A stretch of 64,000 nucleotides of DNA from Octopus vulgaris (GCA_951406725.2 OX597821.1:42718001-42782000), one strand, 5' to 3'. Shown: positions 11,401 to 27,082, counted from the stretch's first letter. Notes: generated by a model from the sequence alone, not told the origin. Numbers and translations are program-made.

Positions 11401-14400
11401 TAAAATGGTAGATTTGTACATATATATACCCAAATGTTAGCATGATTAATATAGAAAAATGTGTCTGAAACCATAACTTATATATCTAAATATTTTTCTT
11501 GTCTTAAAACAGGAGCAAGTCCCAGATGTAGAGGGGTATAATATAGTAAGATTGTATAATGTTTATGCTATTTTCATGAATATGTGTGGCCTAGTCATTA
11601 GGATGTTCACTTTATCATGAGGTAATGAGTTTGATTTCTGGACCAAGCAGCCTATTGTCTCCTTGAGCAAGACACTTCATTACATGTCACTTTTAGTCTA
11701 CTCAACAATGAGTAACTAGCTAGGATGCTGATGCAGCCTGCACTCTCTCTCACCATTTTTCACATCTTGAATGTGTCACAGAGTCATTGGCAAAGGTGCT
11801 GAGAAGATATCTGCTTGTGGTTATAGGAGAACCTAAAACAGTTTAGTGAAAGCATGGTGCATACTACACAAAGCCATATTCACCCACGGGTAGTGGTAGA
11901 GTACATTCTGCTGTTTTAAAGAGTGCAATCAATGAAATCCTACTGAAATGATTTAGTCAAGAACTTATTGGGGGGCAATTTGCCACCAGGGATAATTCAA
12001 CAGCAAACCAATAAATCACTGACGAATGCTGTATATGGAGACAAACTAATTCATCCACAGTTTAGCTTGGCCATGACAAGTCAAGAACTTGCTATAGGGC
12101 TGAACTGTTCACACAGAAAGAAGGGAAAGCACAAATGATCTGAGACATTGAGCTCAGAACAGCCTGGTAGATCTGCCTCCCACCATAATTTTTCTTAATA
12201 TTAATTTCATTTTGCCAGTATCAACTTTGCCTTTATCTTTTTTTGGTGGGGTGGAGGAATAGAATAAGAACCAGTTAACACTGGGATCAATGTACTTGAC
12301 TCACACCCACCCCTGAAATTGCTGACAATGGACCAAAATTTGAAACTAAAATTGATTTAATTTCTGTCACATTTGTTTTAAATAAGAGATAAGCATTAGT
12401 TCTGAAAGTATTAGCATAGAAGTAGATTCATTTATGAACCAAAGTGTATTTAAGTAAATCCAATAACTCTAAAGCTCTACACAATTTCGTTTTTACCAAT
12501 CCTTCCTTAGAAATGCTGTTCCTACAATGTATCACCTCTCACAATCTTCAAAGTTAACATTATCTAAACTGATCCCTTTATCTACCTATGCAAGAACCCC
12601 CACTCTGCTATTATGGACAGGATTCTTGTAACTGATGCAAGGAAAATCTGCAAATCCAATAAAACATTTACAAGAAGGAATAAAAAAATTTAAGAAATGA
12701 TTAAATATTGATCCACAAACAGAAGCTAGAAGCAAAAGACAAAAATCAATGAAACTGAAAGTAGAGGAAATATTAAAATTTTGATGCAATTGCTAGTAAC
12801 TTGAAGACTAACGAAGATATTGCAATATTTTATGTTAATTTCTGTTGTTATTTAATAGTAGAAAACATCTGAGTTTTGTCAGATAATGAAAAGACAGGGA
12901 TAATCTTAATTCTAAACAATTTTCCCAGGAAGATCAGAGATGAAAATAAAGTGTTATGTTTATCCATATAACCACACACACACACTGAAACAGAATTTCT
13001 ATTGTATTTATTTGTAAACAAAGGGCAATTACGAGAACAGAATTCAGAAGACACCCCATCTGGATGTTGTTGGAATTACAAATGTTTACTACTATTACAT
13101 TTCTGCTACATCAACAAATGCTTCTTCTGTTGATCTGGGACAGACACACCACATTTTCTGTTAATTATACGATTTGCATGGCATTATTCCAGCATATGCC
13201 TTCAAGGCTAATAATAGCCAGGGTCACTACTCTTGACAGCAACACTGGAGCCATTACGGTGTATTTCCCAATTTCTGCTTAAAGTACAAAGCAACACTAA
13301 GAAGATATATGGATTCTCTGTTTGTGTCATCATCATCATCATCTAACATCTGTTTTCCATGCTGGCATGAGTTGGATGGTTTGATAGGAGCTGCAAGCCA
13401 AAAGACTGCACCAAGCTCTACTGTCTGCTTTGGCATATGGGACCAGCACTGATGAGGTCTGCTTTAGCATGGTTTTACAGGTGGATGTCCTTCCTAACAC
13501 CAAGTACTTTATAGAATGGACTGGGTGCTTTTTTATGTGGTACCACCACCAGTGAGGAACATCACATAACTTGCAAGACAAAGATCCTTCAACTGAGAAG
13601 AAGTATTTTGAGAGGTGGTTTTGTTCCAGGTGATGAGAGGTTTAACTATGATAGAGGGACAGAAACAAGAGTCTTGCAGTAGAAACATGGTTATCCCAGT
13701 CTGAATGAGAGAGAGATGGTGATGTACCAAAATATACTCTCAAGGTACAAAGCTGTGAATATAAATGGAATGATAGAGGACTGCATGGGGTGCATGAGCA
13801 GGGAGTTCACAAAAGTGCAAAAAGAACGGGAGAGGAGGGTGCACAACTCATAGTACTAGTGCAAAATGCTACACTGCTTTCTGTCTGATGGTTTAGAGAT
13901 TCTCCCAAATCTTCAGTGGACTGATAATAAATGGCAAGTTTCCACAGACTTCCATGTACCAGATTTCACTCACAAAGTAATTAGTCAATCCAAGATTACA
14001 ATAAAGTACACTTGCTATGGTGCTACATAGTGGAGTTGAAACCAAAACCACATGATAGTGAGGTGAACTTTCTAGCCACTTGGCTATGCTTATGCCAGTG
14101 TCCTGAAGTTTCTTCTTCAAAATCATTCACTAAATTTATATACTAGTGTTACCAGTCACATAAGTAACTTTGGAAATAAACTTCTGCCATCATGGGTAAT
14201 ATCAGGAAATATGGCATACATATAATAATTGTTAATTTAAATTATCAAATATCTCGGTATTTATACAAGATGATGAAATGAATATTAATTTTCAAAAAAA
14301 GAGAATATTTACTACCTTAAAACAAATTTCTCATTTGAATAACTCCTCCCCTACGGTCATTTACTCCCTATCCTCTATTGCTATGATTCTTTTTTTCTCA

Positions 14401-17400
14401 CTGTGTTTATGTAGTGTTTAACTTTTTGCCTGCCACCAAGCCTAGCATGTGTACCCATCCCATACCTCTTACATTAATGTTAACTACATTTTTTTTCTTT
14501 TTGAACCCTGCCATTCTTTCTATACAATATAAAGAGTGACTGGAGAAATCAACCAAACAACATTAATATTGTATGCCAATATAAATGTTGTCTGGTTGGT
14601 GATTTCTTCCATAGAGGGAAGAAAGAATTACAAAAAAGCAAATTTACAGATATAAAAAGGTTCATTCAACTCAGAGCACATTCGCTCTTTCCTTCTCATT
14701 TTCCCCTAATTAATTATTTTTGCTATATTTCTCTAATACAACCAGATTTATAAAAATAACTTCATCCTCCACTCCACTCCCATACAAATATAATACACAA
14801 TGAAGAAACACCTACTTTTTGTTGAACTACTGTTAATATGCAATATGATTATAATTCCTTAGCATTTTTTGCAGTAAATTAGATGCATGGCCTACATTTT
14901 TATTAAAACCGTTGCTTTAATAATAGACATATCACTTCCCAAGTGGCCACAACCTAGTTCAGGTCAAATACCAACATGTACAAACAATAGAAAGTCTGAA
15001 ACTATATCTGAGACAAGTTGTTAAACTGAAGTCAGATCTGTCAATTTGTCTGTGCCCAGTAATAAAAAATTACTAATAAGGATGAAGCACACACGTATGT
15101 ACATACACACACTTTTTTACATATACACAGCACACACGTGTACTTGCATATATCTATAGAGATATTTATATACAGGGAAAAAAAAAAAAAAAGCACCAAC
15201 TAAAGCAAGCAAGCAAGTCAGTCAGTCAGTCATGAGAAACTCAACAGAAACAAAATTTTCTAGAGAAACTACAAAGAACCAAAAGAATTTCATGCAGAAA
15301 AATCACATCAAACTATATCAAATTTTACACACAACATCATCCTTTGATGTCTGTTTCCATGCTGGCATGGGTTGGACAATATCAATGCAAAATTACAACA
15401 CTAATAACAAGAACCAAACTATGTGATATTCTGAGAGAAAAAAAAAGTCCTATGTTTAAGTCAAGTGAAAATGATTTGCCAATGTATTTCATATTTAAGC
15501 ACAAAGAAGACAGAAGCAACTAGTTATGATACAACATTGGAAATAAGACATTAAAACAATGCTCTCTGTGCATGTGTGGAAGTGAATGGGGAGAAAGTAA
15601 TTCCTTCAAGTATTTTAATTTTTTTGGTTTAACAAATTTTTATACACATAACACAAAAAGAAGTTTTTCATGTCATTTTTATGAATAAGTAACATTTTTT
15701 TTACAAAGTTGCTTAACCCTTCTGTTACAATACACTGCTTTTGTTTTAAATTTATTTTAAAACTAACAACAAATTTAGTTAGTTTTTAGAACATAAATTA
15801 AAATGAAATTTTGATGTAAGGTTTTAAAATCTAATTCACTTTAAAACATGAAGTTTGTGTTACAGAATAAGGGGCAATCTTAGGCAGATTGGTATCAAAA
15901 GGGTTTTAATTCATATAGATTCATTAAAAGTAGCACAACTCTTTATATAGAGTAAAGTGGACAAATTCACTCATGGGAATCAAATCATGTGTTTGCTTTA
16001 GACTGGATGGCTATGATAGCAATATACCAGAGAGACTTGCTGATTTTTAGCCATGAAATTTAGAGGCATCATCTTAAGTGAGAAAGGAATTTTGTTCCAT
16101 TTTCATTTAAGCAACAACAAAAAAATGATTGATTTATTCTCAAATAACTCAATGCTTCAAAATGTGACCTAAAAACAGAGATTTATCTATATTTCATGAT
16201 CATGTAATGTCAGTATAAGAAATGCCAGACTTAAAACAACAGCCTTATACTTTCCCATCAAAATTTTGATTGGTTATTGTAAAGGTTATAGTGATTAGTC
16301 CAATAGCTGAATACACTTCAAAACACAAAAACAACAAATTGATAATGCAATTTTAAATCTACCAATCATTCTACTGCTGATAATAACAATAAAAACAATG
16401 AAAGTAAAACAAAGATCACTCATTCTGAGGTTGGACATAGAGACAGAATCATAAATTCATGAGTGAACATTAAATTAATGATATATATATATATGTATAT
16501 ATATATAATCATTATATATAGACATCTCGAAAAAAATTACTTTTCTAAATATGAAAAAAAGTAGAAACAAGATATGCAAACAGAACAAAGTTGTTATTTT
16601 AACACAAACACTATGTGTGTGTGTGAAAGTGATGCCTGCTGACATGAGAAGATAGCCACTGCAAAAGAAAACCAACACATAGGAAGTTGTATCTCAGGAT
16701 TTTGGACATTACAGAACAAATGAAGCAAGATTAAGAAATGTTGTGAATGGTACTGTAGTTCTGTCCAACCTATGTCAGCAGGGAAAAACACACATGCAAA
16801 CAGTGTAGTTAAGTTGAGCTGTGATTAACATAACAGACAACACTGAACCAGCAATGGAAATGAGGTTCCAAGACTGCTCACATAGTGAGTTTATTCAAAA
16901 GTTTAACATGGATCTGAATGTGGAACAGGTTAAAAAAGTTATTTCAGGCAACAGAAAGAAAAGTAATAAACACCGTTTACAGACAACAACAACATCTATA
17001 AAAAAAAAAGTGAGTTTCTATGGGGTGAAAACAGGAACAACTTGGTAAAGGAGAAGAGAAAAAAGAAACCAAAACAAAACAAGTTTGCTTCCTCCATCAC
17101 AGAGATCATTTAGCCCCCTCCCACACCAGTTGTTGACATCAGCCACCCAGCCTCAGGATTGAGATGAGTCTCTAAAGACAAAAAATAACCTATTTAAAAG
17201 GACCCACTGCCCTACTCAATACCTGTACATACCAAGCACAAACAGAAAACTATATATATATATATTTATATATATATATATATAAATAAATATAAACATT
17301 TGGTACAATATTTCATCACAAATCTATGTCATCTACACCTAACTTTTAGCTCTACCAAACCAAACTTTGGTATATGTGGTACACTATTGCAAATTACAAT

Positions 17401-20400
17401 AAACAATTTATTTTATACATGTGTGTTGGTTGTGTTCTATGCATAATTACATGTGTGTGTGTATAGCTATACACAAACACATACATTTGTGAGTGTATAT
17501 AAGAAAGAATAACAGAGAAAGAGATAGAGAGAGACTATGTTGAAAATAATTACCGTCAGATAAACAGCTGTCACGGCAACAGGAGATGTCATGGAATGAC
17601 AATTCTGAAACAAAGTTAAATTGGTAACAGAATCGACAAAAACATTATCCCTTAATAGAGCAGAGAGATTTTTTGTTATATGTTGTTGTTTTTCATTATA
17701 TTATAAGCTGTTGTTTTTCCTTATTTATGAGTTTCTATTTATGCTGATTAATTTATTATTGGCCGATTTATGAGAGACCCATGCAAGGAATGAATTTAAA
17801 GACAGTCTAAAGACAGACTCTGGCTTTGCGTTAACCAATCAATGTTAAGAAGACATGGCTTAGACAGAAGTATCTCTTTGGGTGGCAGGGTTAAGACAGT
17901 CTACATTATTAAAAAAAATAAATAAAATTTGAAATTGATTTGCCTTTATGCAATTAATTACTGTTTGTATAATTTTTTAATAAACAGAATTAATTTTTTT
18001 ATATTTTTCAAATGTATCTGAATATTACCTCATCAAAGGTACCCATATGAATATTTGCTGATGGAAGGGTTTTAAAAAGCCCCAGGCAAGACATGTCCTT
18101 TTGGTATCAAATCAACATTGCCAATAATCTACTTACTGTCTCTACTATATATGTGATAGTCTTCATATACTACAATATACACTTACTACCACTTCTACTG
18201 TACATAAGTCTTTGTAGACCTACACCAACACTATTATTCTCTGAGGTCAATTGATCTGCTAGAAATCTCCTTTAACCATCTTTTTTTTTTTAAAAAAAAA
18301 GGAGGACACTGAATAATGTAGGGTACATTATCTAAAGTCTCTCCATCCCCACAAAAAAGATGGCATGGTCAATACTGGAATATTTGTGATTATGCTAGAA
18401 CAAAGTAAACCCAGGATATGTCTGGTTTAATAATTCTAATTTGGGTACAAAGCCACCCATTTGAAGTAGTGAAGTTAATCACATTAAGCCCAGTACTTGA
18501 CTATTATTTTATTTTATAGATTTGAACTCAGAAAATAAAGAGTTGAAAGAAATGCCATGAATGATACTATCAGCTTACTGGCTTAGTCTGGTTTAATTAT
18601 AAACACAATTTAGATCTATATTCCACAGTGTATAAAATTATGTACACTGGTATTTTACCCATTCTATATGGCATAGTGTCTACCCACAAGAATTTGTACA
18701 CCTAGCTATGCATAGATTATGGCAGTGTTTCCCAATCACTTTTTATCTATGGAATCCCTTTGATTCCTATTTTACTTGGATGTACCCTCCTAGCCATTCG
18801 ATGTTTAAAAAATCATATTTTTATAATTAAATATTATCAGGAATCGTTAAGAAAAAAAAAATGTTAAAATATTTTGTACATTGTAGAAGCATAACCAATT
18901 TATAGCAGATAGATTTTAAAATTTTATTTGCACCTCATCTGAGAACCACTGGACTACAGCATAACAATGCAAATTACACATAACTTTTTAATGTTTAAAC
19001 TGATAGAAGCTAATTATAATTCACAATATCATGAGGCCTTTAAAAGACAGCATTTTTTGCCAAGGGGCTCTATACAGCCAATTGTTGGTAGGGAATGGAG
19101 GTGTTCTTAATGTGAAAACTCCGCTAAGTCATGCATTTAAATTCATAGTAAACTTCCTATTTATAACCAAAATGCCATTTTGGCTGGTCTCATTCCTTGT
19201 GCAGCAATGCATGCAGAAAAAACAAACAAAAACATAAAACAACAACATATAACAAACAAAATACAAAAAATAAAACTGAATACACACAAACAAAAAAATA
19301 AACACCAAACTAATGCAATCTTTGGAGAAAAACAAAAAAGAAAACACCCAAAATGTTGGTAGTCCTCATGTTAATATCAGTTGACCTCAAAAGTATCTTG
19401 GTCCAAAACCTGTAGATAAAGAAATTAATACACACACACACACACACACACATAGATATTACATATGTCATAAGATATATACATGCACACACTCATATAT
19501 ACATATGCTTTACATTCATTCTTCCAGTCTAACATCTGTAAGATAGATTTTGTTAAAACAATTGTTTTTACATGGTCAGTTGATACAACTGACACCTCTC
19601 ACCTGTAATTCTTTCCTATTTTGACATGAACCCCACTCAAAACCTTTATGAAGTGGTTCCAAAGACTCAATTTTGGGTGAGATGGTTAGGTATAAACATT
19701 TTTTATTCCCATATTTCTGTTGAAATACACTTTGTTTCAATGTATTTTTAAAATAATGAAGAATTTATTAAAATTTGCTGTTTCATTTCGAAGCTGGTGT
19801 TTAGAACATAAATTAATGGGTTTAACGGAAGTCTTTGACATCATTTAAAACAAGGGGTGGTCTCAGGTGGATTAGCATAAAAAGGGTTAAATTTCTTTTA
19901 GAACCAGATGTCATCTAATACTACTGAAAGGGGATGTCTGTGTGCGTAATAGCCAACGTTTTCAATTTGATTAATTTATATTTCTAAGATTGCAGTCTGA
20001 CAGAAGATAGCGCTGTTATATAAATGAGATAGCCATCTTATTTATGTAATTTGAATGGTGGTCAGTACCGCAAAATGACTAAAGGCTGAAAGTTGGTGAT
20101 TTTAATAGAATGGCAGCAAAATGAGTAATAGCGAATTCCTGTTAAACCAAATGATTGAATACTGAATCCTTGAACCTGTTTCACTTGGAGAGTTTAAAAT
20201 TGCTTTTGGAGTATTAACTTTTGCTCTAATAAACAAATGAGCTAATTAGTTATTTCAGTATGGATTATGAGCTAATAGTTATTTCAGTATGGATTACAAC
20301 CTCAGTTATAGCAGAAAATGAATTTATATCCCTCAAGTTATTGTGTCTTCTTTTCAGGTAAAATGACATTATCATGACTGCCTCAGTGTCCCTGGCTGAA

Positions 20401-23400
20401 AATAAAAAGATAAGAACATCACTTCCACTTGTTCGCAGGTAAGTAGTTCATCATGGAAATGTCAGGTTTTATTTCAAAGTTCAGATATATGTCAGAATGC
20501 AACAATTCTCACAAAAACCTAAACTTGTAAAACTATTCAAGCAATATCGACCAAGAACAAATATTTTAAGCAAGCACTGCTAATTCTACTTGATAGAAAA
20601 TGTAGTAAAATCTCACCAAATCAAACTCTACTATTTAAAAAAAAAATTATTTAAATAAAAAAAACATTTGATAAGTCCAGAATACACTATGGCCTGAAAA
20701 GCAAAAATGAAAAAGCAAAAAACATTTAAAAGAAAAACCAAATCTTGTATTGATTCTTGTGAATGGAAAAGAACAAGATTATTTAAAGATTCCAGTCAAC
20801 ACTACACACACATGTAAACATACACATACACTTGTATGTATATTTCAAGGTGCTCTGTTTGTATAGATGGGTGTACCTGTTACCAATGTAACTCAGTACA
20901 ACTTATTACATAGGTGGATTGTCAGTGACAGCACTACTGCTACCACTCAGAAAAGAGTATTCTAAAGGTTTGCTAAGTCCCAGTTGAACAAAAACAAAAT
21001 CTCTTAGAAGCATGATGAAACAAGCTTAGTATTAACAACTTTCTAACAATATTGAGCAGGAACGCAAAAAATATATTGACATGGTAAACAAGTACACTAT
21101 AAGACCACTTTAGCAGTGATGGATCACCAATTGTTGCTGGAACATCTCAGAAAGGAGTAGATAGGACTCCATAGCTGTGGTGGGTCAATCTGTCTAACCC
21201 GCCTTACTGCATGTACTCAAAACTGTCTTCAATACATGACGCATAAAATCTTTTTTTCTTCTTCTGTTGTCCAAATTCTTTACATAATGTAACAAGGAGT
21301 AGATGAATATGGTTATACTCATCTATGTCCCAAGTTCTGTTTCTGGTGTGTGATTAGTACCCACCACTGCTACAGTAGAAGGATGGCAGCATTAGTAGTT
21401 GACAGTATAAGTATCTTCCCCAGAGAGAGAGACTTGCACCCGTGAGGTGGTATCCTATCAATCAACGTTCCAGTGTCTGAATTAACAGGAAAAGTAGGCA
21501 AAATTAAGAAATATGAAAAGAATAACTAACCCATATGTGATGTCCGGTGTGGGTCTAACAGTGTCTGCTCAATTTCACGGTTCGCTTCCAGTTTGGAGCC
21601 AGGTTCAGCAATGGCGTGACCCAAATCAATCATACGGTCATTCAAGTTGTCATCATCAGCTTCCTTGTAAAGGTACACACCATATTTCGTTGAAGACTTC
21701 ACATCAATTCTCATCTCAAGCTGCTCACTGTCAGTAAATTCTTTAACAATGAAATAAGAAAGATATTTGGAATACGTAAGAGAGGATTAAGAAAAATAAG
21801 ATAGAAAAAGGGTTGTGGTGGTCACATTAGATGCCATGCTGTTGGATGGAAGCATATTAATGATAAAAACTATCAAAGAAGTGTTGGTGAGATAAAGTGA
21901 GGGTTAGTAATGTGTATAGTGATGAATTCAGGGTACAAGTAGGGGTTCACCAAGGATCATTCTTCAGCCCCCTCTTGTTCATCATAATCCTCCAGGAAAT
22001 AACAGAGGAGTTCAAGACAGACCTCTCCTGGAAGTTCCTCTATGCTGATGACCTTGTTCTCATAGCTGAAGCAGTTCCAGAACTAAAGAAATTTCAGGTG
22101 TGGGAGCAAGGTTTAGAATCAAAGGGCCTTACAGTTAATCTAGCAAAAACCAAAGTCATAGCAAGTAGGAAAGCAGACAAATCACAAATCCCTTCAGGTA
22201 GAGAGCCCTACTTGATCTGTAGAAAAGGTGTAGGTAGAAACTCCATAAGATGTACCTGGTGTAGGCTATGGACACATAAGAGGTGTAGCAATATCAGAAG
22301 TAGGTTAACAGGGAAAATAGCTTTTGTGTGATAGGTGCACATGTACAATTAACATTAGAAATATGCAGGAAATAGACTCCATTAAATGCCAGAGGGGAAA
22401 GCTAGAAGTAGTTGATAGCTTCGTTATCTAAGTCAGTAGCAGGGGTGGATGTTCCAAGAGCATAGCTGCTAGAATAAGAATAAGTTGGGCAAAGTTCAGA
22501 GAGCTCCTAGCTCTGTTGGTAATTTAGGGCCTCTCTCTCAGAGTGAAAGGCAGATTGTATGATGCCTGTGTACAAACAGTAATATTACACAGCAGTGAAA
22601 CATGGGCTGTGACTGCTGTGGACATGCGTAGGCTTGAAAGAAATAAAGCTAGTATGCTTCGCTGGATGTGTAATGTCAGTGTGCATGTATGGCAGGGTGT
22701 AGGCATCTTGAGAAAAGCTTGGCATAAGAGGCAACTGCATAGGTATGGTCATGTGATTTATATGGATGTGGACAGTTGTGTGAAGAAGTGTCGATGTTTA
22801 CCAGTGGAAGGAAGCTGTGGAAGAGGTAGACCCAGGAAGACATGGGATGAAGTGGTGAAGCATGATCTTTAAACGTTGGGCCTCACGGAGGCAATGACTA
22901 GTGACTGAGACCTTTGGCGATATGCCCTGCTTGAAAGACCTGTCAAGTCAAGTGAAATCATAGCTGTGGTTATTGTCAGTGTCATGTAAGTGGCACCCAT
23001 GCTGGTGGCATGTAAAAAGCATCTTCTGAGCGTTGGACCTCATGGAGGCAATATGGCTGATGCTGACGTTGCATAACTAGCACCCATGCCAGTGGAACAT
23101 AAAAGACCCCTTCCAAGCGCTGGACATCATGGTGGCAATGACAAGTAACCAAGACCTTTGGCAATATGCCATGCTTGAAAAGACCCATCAAACCAGGTTT
23201 GATATGTATGTACGTATGTGTAGATGTATATATGTGTATACGTGTGTGTGTATGTGTAAATATATATATGTATTATATATGTATGCATGTATAAAAAAAA
23301 AAAGATAAATAGAATAATATAAAGCAAGTTTGAATTTTAACCGTTGTCCCTGAAAAGAGTGTCATATATATATGTATGTGTGTGTGTATGTATATATATA

Positions 23401-24020
23401 TATGTATATGTGTGTGTGTGTGTGTGTATGTATGTAGAGATGGATGAGCATATATATGTGTATACTTTAAGATTATACGTATATTAGTGAGTATGTGTAA
23501 GTGTCTATATGTATAAGGTTATATGAGCATCTTTGTATCTTAGATGTATCCATTCACTGTTAGCCGGTGGTGAGAAGGACAAACGCACACACACACATGT
23601 GTGTGTGTCTATATAAATGTATATGTGTGTATATATACAACCTTCGACAAGGTAACAGTCATATATACAACTTAAACTGACACATATCATTACATAAACA
23701 TACGTTCACATGTACACACACACAGACACGTCTACACACACTCCTAAATACTCACATACATACATACATGCGTATAGGCATGCACACATACATACATACA
23801 TACAAACATGAATACATACATACACACACACACATATTATATATATATATCATGAACTAACTGTTACTTTCTCAGATGCAGCACGGAATTTTGTTAGTGA
23901 ACAGGTCGCGGTCTCAAAGCGACGAAAATATTTTGACAAATTAAATTTAAATGTTGAAGTGAATCTAACGGTTTTGTGTGTTTCTTAAATGGCTTATAAA
24001 CACCTTCCATGCTGCAATTG

Positions 24021-24053
<33 letters not shown>

Positions 24054-27000
24054 AACTGTAATCATCATTTTAACATCTACTTTTCCACATTTGCATCATC
24101 AACTCTTACCTGCTTCCAAGCAATACTTGGATGTTTACACAGAAGATTGGAAGCAAACAGCACGATTTGTAAGACAGTGAGGCTCATTTACAACTGTCAC
24201 ATGTCAAGACAAGGGGACACAACACACACATGCTATTGCTTCTTACTATTTCCATCTACCAAATTCACTCACCAAGACTGGTTAACCCAGGGCTATATTA
24301 AAAGACACTTTTCCAAAATGCCACTGAGTGGGACTGAACTCAAAATTAGTGGTTGGGAATCAATCTTCTTAACCAACTCTGCCACATTATATAAAATATG
24401 TTTTGAACTAGCTACAAATTGTATGAAAAGAGATTAGTTACATGAAAGACAAACTGCAACAGAAAGTGCACATTGTGCATACATTTGTTTTAGATGTTGG
24501 TAACTAAAATTCACTCAAATGCTTATAACAAAATAATATTGTAATTCGCTCGAAGCATTGTAGTGTGTAAACTAAGTAAATATTTTTAAGACTATTAACC
24601 CTTTAACATTCAGATTACTCAGTCAAATGTAATGCTTATTTATTTACATTTTCTTTATCATGAATTATCCTATAGCTTAGAGATTTCAATGATGTGATTG
24701 TTTATTTTATCCAACAATGTATTTTACCCTACAATATCATTTTTAGAATGACATTGTAGGGTAGGTGTGAGAAGCTGGATTTGGCCATTTGGAACATCAG
24801 GACAATATTTGGGCTGGATATAACCTTTTGAAATGCTAAAGAGTTAAGCAATGTATATTTCAAAAAAGCTTCTCTTTATTCATCATCGGTTAGTATCTGC
24901 TTTCCATGCGGGCATGGGTTAGATGGTTTGACTGAAAGTAGTAAGCTGGTGACCTGCAACAGGTTCCAGTCTGATTTGGCATGGTTTCTACAGCTGGATG
25001 CCCTTTCTAATGCCAACCACTCCAAGAGTGGCTTTTATGTGCCACTGCCACAGATGCCAGTTACGCAACACCAGCATCAGTCATAGCTATGCTTTCACTT
25101 GGCTTGAGTCTTTTCAAGCACAGCATACTGCCAAAGGTCTTGCTCACTTATCATTGCCTCTGTGAGGCTCAATGTTCAACGGGTGCTCTTTGTGTGTTAC
25201 CGGCACAGGTCCCTGTTACATGACACTAGCATTGGCCATGACTATAGTTTCACATGGCTTAACAGGTTTTCTCAAGAATGGCATATTGCCAAAGTCTCAG
25301 TCACTTGTCACTGCCTCTGTTAGGCCCAACGATCGAAGATCATGCTTTACCACCTTGTCCCATGTCTTCCTTGGTTTACCTATTCCTCAGGTTCCCTCTA
25401 CAGTTAGGGTCAGGGTTAGAGATTGGCACCTTTTTACACAACTGTCCTCAGTTGTGTAAAACTAGGCCATATTCATCACATGGCCTAGTGGTTAGAGCAG
25501 CGGACTCACGGTCGAGTGATCGCAGGTTCGACTCTCAGACTGGGTGATGTGTGTGTTTATGAGCGAAACACCTAAGTTCCATGCGGCTCCAGCAGAAGGT
25601 AATGACGAAATTCTTTCGCCACAACTTTCTCTCACTCTTTCCTCCTGCATCTTGCAGCTCACCTGCAACAGACTGGTGTCCTGTCCAGGTGAGGAACCTA
25701 TACGCTAAAAAAGTATGCGGGTTACGAGTTCAAACCTTACTGAAGACACTGCTTGTCCCAGTTTGCCCAACCGTACAATAATGAAAGAAGAAAAAAGAAA
25801 AAAAAATGTTTCTGAAGATATTTTTGCTTTAAAATAAAATTGTGTGATAGTAAGATAGCTACCTTTAAAGATTTCAAATGCTGTGGTGCTCCAAGAACTG
25901 TTTAAGGGTAGAACATCAACTAAGAAGCAGTGGATAGACATTGCAGGTGGTTTGTACAAGGATGGAGGACATTTTCTCAGTACTGATTTTTCCATACATA
26001 ATTCTTTACCAATGTCTACAAAAAACACCTGAAACAAAGATTTCAAGAAAATCAAGGCAAGACAGATATATGCAATCACTCTTCAATGCAGTTTATTTTT
26101 AATTTAAATACTAAGAGTTGTCCCCACTGTTCCTGTTGACCATAGTAACGTATATTAGAATTTCTAGGTTTATTTACATTAAGTATGGTATAGCATCTAA
26201 TTAACTCATTGCTCAATAGTGAGATGGTGACATAATAAAACCTACAATAACACTTAGACCTATATGGAACCTTGAGTGTCTTTTACCACATACAATATTT
26301 TGTATGTGGCATCACCATCATCATCATTTAACGTCCGCTTTCCATGCTAGCATGGGTTGGACGGTTCAACTGGGGTCTGGCAAGCCCGAAGGCTGCACCA
26401 GGCCAGTCAGAACTGGCAGTGTTTCTACAGCTGGATGCCCTTTCTAACGCCAATCACTCCGAGAGTGTAGTGGGTGATTTTATGTGCCACCGACACAGGT
26501 GCCAGACGAGGCTGGCAGACGGCCACGCTCGGATGGTGTTTTTTATGTGCCACCGACACAGGGAAACTATATGTGTATATACATATACACATCACTTAAT
26601 GTCCACTTTTCTGTTTGTACAGGTCAAATGGCATTTGTTGAGGTAAATTTTCTATGAACAGATACCCAGATACCCTTTTTGTAGCCAACCATCACCTGTT
26701 TTCCAAAATAATATTTCTCCATGGCCAGATATGTTTTCAAACAGACTGGAAATGAAGGACACCTTTATAAAGCAGTGACTAACTTACAATCTCATAAAAT
26801 GTCCAGACAAGGAGACTCAAACACACAACAGACTTCTTTCAACTTCATCCACCAAATCCACTGACAAGGACTTGGTTGACTTAGGGTTTTAGAAGAAGAC
26901 ACTTGCCAAAGGTGCCAACAACGGGATGGCTAAGAAGTACACTTTCCAGTCAGGTGGTTTTAGTCTGGATTCAATCCCACTGCATGGTACCTTGAACAAA

Positions 27001-27082
27001 TGTCTCCCAATGCAGCCCCAGGCTGACCAAAGCCTGGTGAATGGATTTTGGTAGGGATACACTAAAGGACGTCTATTGTGTA

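Noticed and set aside
25481-25545. tRNA gene
   Set aside because: A and B boxes are present but there is no convincing acceptor stem or terminator; it continues into a SINE body.
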